Assembly: GCA_037142195.1 (NCBI GenBank)
Contig: JBAXBA010000071.1
Coordinates: 1 to 18,744 of the forward strand
Source of the DNA: Pseudomonadota bacterium
GTDB taxonomy: Bacteria > Bdellovibrionota_B > Oligoflexia > Oligoflexales > CAIMVM01
Length of the DNA: 18,744 nucleotides
Direction: 5' to 3'
Below the pieces are notes generated by a model that was not told where the DNA came from, made no database searches, and saw only the letters and a list, made by a program, of their open reading frames with translations. The translations under genes and the position numbers were made by a program. Of the stretch, positions 1 to 6,715 are shown one piece after another; position 1 is the stretch's first letter; each line of letters opens with the position of its first letter.

Positions 1-104
1 ACTCAAAAGAGTGATAAATCATTATTTATTCTGAGTTTTTAAATTCCCTCATTAAACTACAACTTAAAAGAATAAGAACTAACCCCATCAGGAAGAAGTC
101 TCAT

Positions 105-482
105 ATGAAAAAACAAATTCAAACGGAACTAGCCCCATTAGCCATAGGCCCCTACTCCCAAGCGATACAGGTCGGAACTACCCTCTATATCTCGGGCCAG
201 ATTCCTCTTGATCCCCAAACTGGGAAAATGGTAGCTGGTGGCATCGAAAATGAGACAAAACGCGCCCTTGAAAACCTAAAAGCTATTGTTACAGCTGCAG
301 GTGGCACCATGCAAAATATTGTTAAAACCACAATTTTACTGGCAGATATGAATGATTTTAGCGTCGTAAACGAAATTTACGGCACTTATTTTCAAGCTCC
401 TTTTCCAGCCCGAGCCACATTTCAAGTAGCAAGACTCCCCCGAGATGCTCGCATTGAAATTGAAGCCATCGGCGAAATCTAG
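105..482 (+). CDS. ridA: RidA/YjgF/YER057c/UK114 family enamine/imine deaminase
   Basis: 125 aa with family motifs APxAIGPYSQA, LYISGQIPLDP, NxxYxxYF, PARAT (catalytic Arg) and IEIEAI; AGGAAG upstream. Confidence 0.95.
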   Translation: MKKQIQTELAPLAIGPYSQAIQVGTTLYISGQIPLDPQTGKMVAGGIENETKRALENLKAIVTAAGGTMQNIVKTTILLADMNDFSVVNEIYGTYFQAPFPARATFQVARLPRDARIEIEAIGEI

Positions 483-496
483 TCTGATTCGACCTT

Positions 497-524
497 AACT
501 GGGCCTTTCGTGCCTGGTTTTTTT
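497..524 (+). terminator. Probable intrinsic terminator after ridA
   Basis: AACTGGGC-ctttcgt-GCCTGGTT stem with G-U pairs running into a T tract, 15 nt after the stop codon. Confidence 0.5.
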
Positions 525-622
525 CGACTTCTTTTTTTTCGATCGCCTGTAACACTTGTCCCACTAGACAAACCAAATTGCCCCTAAAAAAAACTTTAGT
601 TTTTATTTATTTCTAACGAACA

Positions 623-652
623 TTGAAAAAGAAGCTAAGGTTGTGCTATACT
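623..652 (+). promoter_or_regulatory. Sigma70-type promoter for the tail-tube-like gene
   Basis: TTGAAA (623-628), 18-nt spacer, TG at 644-645, TATACT (647-652). Confidence 0.6.
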
Positions 653-717
653 TTCAAAAGCAAGCAAAATTTAGTGACTAAAAATCAAACAATAGCGTAT
701 CTAGAGGACATGTAAGT

Positions 718-1158
718 ATGGGATGGCCAAAGAAATTGCAAATATCGCTAGTAGCTGCTGGGGTTTTAACCCTCGCTATATCTGCAAATAGACTTATCGC
801 CGGCCTTGGTGACCAAAGAGTAACACCACATATTGTAATTGACGGAATTGACTTTGGAGCTTTTGATAAAACTTTAGGCATACCTGCTGATTCTTATGAC
901 CAAGTTTCGAATGTTACCTTTGAAAGAAATTTTGTAACTGAGCCTTCTTTGTATATGTGGGCACGGCAAGCAGTGACTGAGCATGGAAAGCTGCGCGATA
1001 TATCTATTGTTTATAAAAACTCTGAGGGTGTTGAAGTCAATAAGTTGCTCCTAAAAGGCTCACACCCCATTTCTTGGACGGTGGAGTCATCTGATCCGTC
1101 ACAGGGCGGATATCATGAAAAAGTGGACGTTTCCGTACAAAGCTTCCTATTTGACTAA
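718..1158 (+). CDS. T4 gp19-like / eCIS tail tube family protein with N-terminal signal peptide or anchor
   Basis: Colinear match by eye to the gp19/Afp1-type tube consensus: IVIDG..GAF....GI; SNVTFERN...SLYMW; RDISIVYKNSEGVEV......SHPISWT; EKVDVSVQ. N-terminus MGWPKKLQISLVAAGVLTLAISA is signal-like. SD AGAGGA at 703-708. Confidence 0.75.
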   Translation: MGWPKKLQISLVAAGVLTLAISANRLIAGLGDQRVTPHIVIDGIDFGAFDKTLGIPADSYDQVSNVTFERNFVTEPSLYMWARQAVTEHGKLRDISIVYKNSEGVEVNKLLLKGSHPISWTVESSDPSQGGYHEKVDVSVQSFLFD

Positions 1159-2524
1159 ATCGGCTTCCTATTCCGGAATTCTAAAGTCAGGTGGCATATT
1201 TACTGTTTTTATGGCAGTTGCTATTAGTTGCGCCATGACTCAAGAGTCTGCTCCTGCTCAAAAAGAGCCAGGAATTTTTGTGGGGCTCGTAGATAAAATT
1301 TTCGGCAGTCGCTATTCTTACCAAATATCGTTAGCAGGAAGTGAAAAGACTCTATTAAGGGTATCTGATAGCGTCTGTAAAAACCCCGAGAACAAATTAG
1401 AGATCGCCCTGGAAGTCCAGTGGGAATCCCTAAACTTCCCTTTGGAAATCACTGCTTCTTTAGCGAGCGCATCAAGCCCAGGTATAGTGGATTTTAAAAG
1501 CCCTTCAGCGGCCTACAGCCTTCGAGATGTACCTTATTTTACAAAAGAAAAGCTGGAAAGCGTTTGTGCACAGTTTAAAAATAAAGGTACCAGTATTGAA
1601 GTCGCTCCCAGTGAACCCTTTGTGCAAAGTATTACATTAGCCCTTAGCGCCTTAGCTCCTGATTGCAATATTTCTTTAGGACAGAGTGGGTTTCAATGCG
1701 ACAGCAGCAAGAACTCAATAGCTCAACTCAAGTCACGAGCTATCGCATCCCACCAAATGGTTATTAATGAATTCCAGCGCCTGCCTTATCTCATGGTTAG
1801 AAAAGCAAGTACATTAAAGCAATTTGCTTTAGTCCAAGAATCTGAGGCAGGAATAAACGGCTTTTGCAGAATTCTTTCCAACTCCATCCAGGAAGAGCTT
1901 CCCCTAGCCTTTCGTTCAAATCTCTGGAGAAAAGCTGTTTGTAGCGACCGCAAAGAGGCGGGCTGGAAGTCTGTTGCTGCGGACGGTATGGAGCTTGCCA
2001 TTAAAGAGTTAGATGTATTAACGTCCATTGCTAACGATACTACAAAAAAGGGAGTCTTGTCCGTGCGCGTTCCCACCACGCACAAAACTCTATGGGTCCA
2101 ACTGACTCCCTCAGAGACCGTCGTTCAAAGCTTTCAATCGGTAATTTTAAAGAACCAGTCAAGACAGGCTGCCATTGGCATTAAGGGAGCGTGCTGGCAC
2201 CCCATATTTGATGACAAACCTGAACTTTTACAAGTTTCAAGTGCTATCGGGCTATTTCAGCGTTCTAATGGAGGCTGCGAATATAAAATTGAAAACCAAG
2301 ACTCACAGCCCTGGAAATATTTAGCAAATGCACTTAATGGCGAAACGGCATTTGTCGTGGACAATTCCAAGTCTAAAATTCTCCAGCTTCCCCTCGGCAA
2401 TTATACCTACCAGGTTTATCCAATGCCCCAAGATCCGCGCAGCGAAAGACCAGAATCAGGCCCACAAATTTCTTCAGGGACTCTATCTTGGACGGCAAAA
2501 TCAAGTAAATTGACTCTGCAGTAG
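1151..2524 (+). CDS. Uncharacterised Cys-rich probable lipoprotein
   Basis: Long ORF (track start 1115). TTG at 1151 overlaps the upstream stop and gives a 27-aa leader ending FTVFMAVAIS-C (lipobox-like). Eight further Cys; C-terminal LPLGNYTYQV beta-sandwich-type motif. Start codon uncertain. Confidence 0.65.
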   Translation: MTKSASYSGILKSGGIFTVFMAVAISCAMTQESAPAQKEPGIFVGLVDKIFGSRYSYQISLAGSEKTLLRVSDSVCKNPENKLEIALEVQWESLNFPLEITASLASASSPGIVDFKSPSAAYSLRDVPYFTKEKLESVCAQFKNKGTSIEVAPSEPFVQSITLALSALAPDCNISLGQSGFQCDSSKNSIAQLKSRAIASHQMVINEFQRLPYLMVRKASTLKQFALVQESEAGINGFCRILSNSIQEELPLAFRSNLWRKAVCSDRKEAGWKSVAADGMELAIKELDVLTSIANDTTKKGVLSVRVPTTHKTLWVQLTPSETVVQSFQSVILKNQSRQAAIGIKGACWHPIFDDKPELLQVSSAIGLFQRSNGGCEYKIENQDSQPWKYLANALNGETAFVVDNSKSKILQLPLGNYTYQVYPMPQDPRSERPESGPQISSGTLSWTAKSSKLTLQ

Positions 2525-2675
2525 ATGCCAAACTTTCTTTATTAACCCCAAATATGCAAGTTTGTAGGCACCAAGCCACAAAAATGACTCTCAACAAACC
2601 AGGCAAAAAAAAGCTAGTCCTTAAAAAATTTGGACTCTTCATTCGACATGATCTATCTGATTAGTTCTACTTCTG

Positions 2676-2684
2676 TGCTACAAT
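2676..2684 (+). promoter_or_regulatory. Extended -10 promoter element
   Basis: TG-C-TACAAT (same TGTGCTAnAnT context as 642-652); no convincing -35. Confidence 0.4.
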
Positions 2685-2786
2685 CAAAGTAAAATCATCC
2701 GTAAAGCTATTCATTGAGAATAGTACCTGAGAATGCACAGTGCAAAAGAACTTCACCACGTTGGGGATAGAAACCTCGGAGCAAAG

Positions 2787-4253
2787 ATGAAATGCAAATA
2801 CATCATTTTATTGCTGCTCCCGTTTGCCGCAACTGCTCGAGCCGACTTTCAGCTTGAACCTCTCACCATTGAGCTTAAGGTTGGAGCAGATCTTCCTTTA
2901 GCCAGGGCATGTAAAGCCATTACGCCGCTCCTCACAGAAAGTGGACCTTGGCAGTTTAAAATAGCCTCTCAAGTCAATTGCAGCACCAATTCTTCAGATT
3001 TACCGAATTCAAAAAATGAAGATGCTATTCGGTGGGAAATGCAATTGAATTATGAAAGCCCGGTTTTCACTATGAAGCTCTGCCGAAATATAGAAGTCGA
3101 CCAGGGGCAGAAGCGGCAAGTTTGTGAAGCAGAAACCTCAGCTACCCTAAAAAGCGACAAGCAGCTCTATGGCATTTTCGACAATGAGCCCCTGATGAGA
3201 GCTTTGCTTGCCAGCATTTACGACCAGCTCCCATTTAAATCCATTGCTAACCCTCAAAACTCTCAAATCGGGACGGAAACCGAAAAGTCATCAAGACTTC
3301 CCCAAAAATATGGAGACTTGTTTGATGCGGAAGTATTCCTAACTCCCGATGCAAAATACTTCAAAATCGCAAAAGCGAACGACAGCGCTAACTCGAAAAA
3401 TTGGCTGATTCACAACGGGGAAAAAGGTCTCTACAAAGAAAGAATTCGAAAGCTAATCAATCAGATAACAAAGAAAATGCCGGTACCAGCTGAAAACTCA
3501 AAAGTGTTGATCGAACCTCCCCTTTTCAAAGTTTCAGGATTGATATCTCTATTTCCAGACACCTCAAGAAAATCAGCTCCAAGGCCTCCAACCATTTTTG
3601 AAGCTAGATTTAGAGCTCTTGTAGAAAAGCCCATTTTTGGCTTTAAGCCTTTATTCGAAATAGGAAAAAGAGAAACCACAAGCTTTATTGACACGGCCAT
3701 CAGCGAAAATAGTGGGTCTGCGGACGAAGGTAATTCAGAGAACCAAATTGTTGAGGAAAAGGACTCTCGAGCCTATTATCTTATCGGCACAGCATTTAAG
3801 TTCTATATTTATGGACTTTACTTCGAGCCTTCGATTGCTGCAGGCGTTTCCTATGCGACCGTCTCGATTGAATATCCTGATGACACCACACTAGGCAGTC
3901 GCCAAAAATATGTCGCATCTTCAACTCGGATTGGCTTTAGCTCCTATTTTCATCTTTTTAAAATCGATGCCATAGGCGAGATTAGTGCTGCCGGCAGTCT
4001 TTTCTTTAGTGGAGCTAAGTCTAAAGCCTATCAACAAGCGTCGGTAACTCTAAGTACGGGCGGGACTCTGCTTCTTAGAAGAAAACTCATCCCAAAGTGG
4101 TCAAATCTTACAGACGTTTCCCTGGAAGCCTCGGGGGAGTTCACACAGCAAAATACCACAAAAACTTTTGACACGGCGGAATCGAGTCTCGAGAATTCCA
4201 ACTCCCTCCTTCTCATTACCGCAGTGTTTGGCATCTCAGGCTACTGGTATTAG
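2787..4253 (+). CDS. Exported protein, probable outer-membrane beta-barrel with an N-terminal disulfide-containing domain
   Basis: ATG 2787 follows GGAG; signal peptide MKCKYIILLLLPFAATARA (A-X-A site). The C-terminal half has alternating amphipathic, aromatic-rich strands and ends in ...FGISGYWY (terminal aromatic beta-signal). Confidence 0.6.
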   Translation: MKCKYIILLLLPFAATARADFQLEPLTIELKVGADLPLARACKAITPLLTESGPWQFKIASQVNCSTNSSDLPNSKNEDAIRWEMQLNYESPVFTMKLCRNIEVDQGQKRQVCEAETSATLKSDKQLYGIFDNEPLMRALLASIYDQLPFKSIANPQNSQIGTETEKSSRLPQKYGDLFDAEVFLTPDAKYFKIAKANDSANSKNWLIHNGEKGLYKERIRKLINQITKKMPVPAENSKVLIEPPLFKVSGLISLFPDTSRKSAPRPPTIFEARFRALVEKPIFGFKPLFEIGKRETTSFIDTAISENSGSADEGNSENQIVEEKDSRAYYLIGTAFKFYIYGLYFEPSIAAGVSYATVSIEYPDDTTLGSRQKYVASSTRIGFSSYFHLFKIDAIGEISAAGSLFFSGAKSKAYQQASVTLSTGGTLLLRRKLIPKWSNLTDVSLEASGEFTQQNTTKTFDTAESSLENSNSLLLITAVFGISGYWY

Positions 4254-4540
4254 ATGATTTTGCCACCGAAGAATTAACATCTTTTTCACTCACAGATGAA
4301 AATCCCCAAAGTCTACCTATGAAATGCGACTCGGCTGCTAAGCCAAGTAGGTAGGTTCCGCCTTGGGAAACCTATCAAAAAGAGGAAATAGCCTATAATT
4401 AATGGCATATACGCAAACAAATCAAAGCCTTAAATGGGGTTCTGCTAAATAAATTCGAAAAAAGTCCGACCTCTCTCAAAAGAACTCTTCATGGACTAAG
4501 ATGTCTCAGAAAATGAAGAAGTGGCTATTTGGGGCTAACA

Positions 4541-6715
4541 ATGAATCTGCCATTAAAAAATGATGAACCTAGCGGAGTCGTTCCTAACCAAGAGTCCGTG
4601 CAAGTACCACATTCTGGGGTCGCCACTCTTCTCACAAAAGAAGCTGAGACACAGGAGCCGGCGGGTAATTCTAATGCTCCTAATGAAACGATCTATAACT
4701 CGACGAGCCACCTAGAAGACAAAGTCCCCTGGTACTACTCAGTAAAGTTTAAGCTTTTCATTTTGACGAATACACTCATCATACTATCCATAGGCTTTCT
4801 ATCATACCAAAACACAACATCATTTAGGGGCGTTTTAAATCGCCAATCTGAAGAAAACTTAATAAATTCCAGTCTGCTTTTAAACAAAAGCCTAGAGCAA
4901 AATATTCAGCATTGGGTCAATCTCGGCGCTACCACCTTACAAGTTTCTGGAATCGACAATACAGATCGTCTGAACGAGGCCCTTCAAGGCTTGACACTAT
5001 CGAACCCTTCTATCTATAAGATCTCTGTATTTCAGGTTGAAAATGACTCCGCTAGAGAAATTGCCGCCAAGGCCGCTAAAATCTTAGAACCTAATGTAGT
5101 AAAGTACGATCTCAATAAAATCCTTAAAAAAGTATCTGACCAGACCAATAATGAGTTGATGAAAAACTCAAAGGAAAAAAGAACCTTCTACATTAATAGC
5201 TACCTAAATGACAAAGAAATGCCCTTCATGCAAATTGCTACAAAGCTTGTCCAAAAATATGAAGGGACAAATAGCCTTTCTAAAGAAATTTGGATTGTCA
5301 TATCTTTAGCGCCAGATAGCATATCAGGCATACTATCCAAAAACGACACACAAGCTCAGTACGTAGTTGACCTTGAAGGAAGGGCAATATTCACAGCAAA
5401 CAATCAAAGAGACCACTACAATTTTAAAAACCCTACTGCAAAAAGAATTGACCCGATAAAGAGTGGCGCATCCAAGCTGGTTCTATGGACGGAGAAAGCA
5501 GCAGACAAGACTCCTGTCACTTCCATGGCCACACCAATTAAGTCCTTTGACCTAATCCTTATTAATCAGCGAAAGTCTAATCTTGATCAAATACAAATCG
5601 ATGAGCAAATAAGGAATATTTTGCTTTTATCATGGATTATTTTCCTATTATCAATTGGGGTAAATTACCTCGTAGCCAACGGGATCACAAGAAAGTTATC
5701 TGTGGTAGTAAAATCGACCGCGCAAATAGCCAGAGGAGACTTTGGTGTTAGAATATCCAATTTTGGTCGGGATGAGGTAGGACATCTTTCAAGAGCTATC
5801 AACCTCATGGCATATGACATCGGTGTGCTTATCGGGGTTCGGGAAAACTCAATTCGACAAGAAAGTGAACTTCGCATGGCAGAAGAAGTTCAAAAAACAA
5901 TGATCCCCAAAAATTCCGTGTATAAAAACGGCGTTGTAACGTCAGCTATTTTTAAAGCCGCAAGCGAATGTGCTGGAGATTGGTGGGGCAGATTTAGTCT
6001 ATCAGATGATGAAGAGCTCATCGTATTAGCCGACGTTACAGGCCATGGCGCCCATTCAGCTCTTGTTGGGGCTTTAGCATATGGTTACTTCTCAACCCTA
6101 GAGTCTACCCACGTTTTAAAAGAGTCACACCTTGGGCCAGAAACAGTGCTTTCCGATCTCAATCGTATTCTCTACAAGTCCGGCAAGGGATCCTTAACCC
6201 TTACTGCAGTTGCTGTATTGATCAATAGACGAACTCTTGAAGTTAGGGTTGCTAGTGGGGCCCACTGCCAAGCAGAGCACATTCGCGGCACCTCTAGCAA
6301 AGCCATCAAAGCCAAAGGGGACTTGATTGGCATGAATTCAAAGTTTTCTGCCTCTGAAGTAGCATTTTCCATGGAACCAAATGACCTCATCTTTCTATAC
6401 ACAGATGGACTAGTCGAGTGCAACGGAGTCAACGGAAAAACACTTTCTAAAAAAGCAATTCGCAAGATTTTAGTCGAGGAAGAAGAGAGCAACAACGAAC
6501 AGCCGCTCGATCCTATGCAGCCAAATACTGGTGGAAATACAGGTGTTCTTAACAAAGACCAAGTTGGAGAAATCAATCAAGATCAGAAAAGATCATTTCA
6601 GTCCGTCTACTTAAGGCTTGAGTCAACTGTGAATCAGCACTTTAAAGGAGTTCAAACTTCAGACGACATAACCACGATCCTTATTTCCCTCGCCCCAGAA
6701 GAAGATAGCAAATGA
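4541..6715 (+). CDS. Membrane sensor PP2C phosphatase (SpoIIE/RsbU family): TM - periplasmic Cache-like domain - TM - HAMP - PP2C
   Basis: Two TM segments; HAMP (IARGDF..RI....RDEVGHLSRAINLM); ELRMAEEVQKTMIP linker; PP2C motifs AGDWW, ADVTGHG, YTDGLVE and DDIT. ATG 4541 preferred over TTG 4529. Confidence 0.92.
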   Translation: MNLPLKNDEPSGVVPNQESVQVPHSGVATLLTKEAETQEPAGNSNAPNETIYNSTSHLEDKVPWYYSVKFKLFILTNTLIILSIGFLSYQNTTSFRGVLNRQSEENLINSSLLLNKSLEQNIQHWVNLGATTLQVSGIDNTDRLNEALQGLTLSNPSIYKISVFQVENDSAREIAAKAAKILEPNVVKYDLNKILKKVSDQTNNELMKNSKEKRTFYINSYLNDKEMPFMQIATKLVQKYEGTNSLSKEIWIVISLAPDSISGILSKNDTQAQYVVDLEGRAIFTANNQRDHYNFKNPTAKRIDPIKSGASKLVLWTEKAADKTPVTSMATPIKSFDLILINQRKSNLDQIQIDEQIRNILLLSWIIFLLSIGVNYLVANGITRKLSVVVKSTAQIARGDFGVRISNFGRDEVGHLSRAINLMAYDIGVLIGVRENSIRQESELRMAEEVQKTMIPKNSVYKNGVVTSAIFKAASECAGDWWGRFSLSDDEELIVLADVTGHGAHSALVGALAYGYFSTLESTHVLKESHLGPETVLSDLNRILYKSGKGSLTLTAVAVLINRRTLEVRVASGAHCQAEHIRGTSSKAIKAKGDLIGMNSKFSASEVAFSMEPNDLIFLYTDGLVECNGVNGKTLSKKAIRKILVEEEESNNEQPLDPMQPNTGGNTGVLNKDQVGEINQDQKRSFQSVYLRLESTVNQHFKGVQTSDDITTILISLAPEEDSK

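Noticed and set aside
8..26. Fur-box-like TGATAAATCATTAT upstream of ridA
   Set aside because: It needs a gap to fit the 19-bp consensus; the ungapped match is poor and the background is AT-rich.
710..715. ATG-TAA minigene between the SD and the tube gene start
   Set aside because: Only 1 nt from the SD, too close for initiation; the spacing fits ATG 718.
1142..1172. Direct repeat GCTTCCTATT x2 at the tube/lipoprotein gene junction
   Set aside because: Only 10 bp and two copies within coding sequence; no supportable function.
511..2605. 10-bp inverted repeat TGCCTGGTTT (511-520) / AAACCAGGCA (2596-2605) flanking the tube-lipoprotein pair
   Set aside because: Short, one copy is part of the ridA terminator, and there is no transposase or target-site duplication; compatible with chance.
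718..4253. Prophage, tailocin or T6SS locus
   Set aside because: No sheath, baseplate, VgrG/PAAR, capsid, terminase or integrase recognised; only the single tube-like gene.
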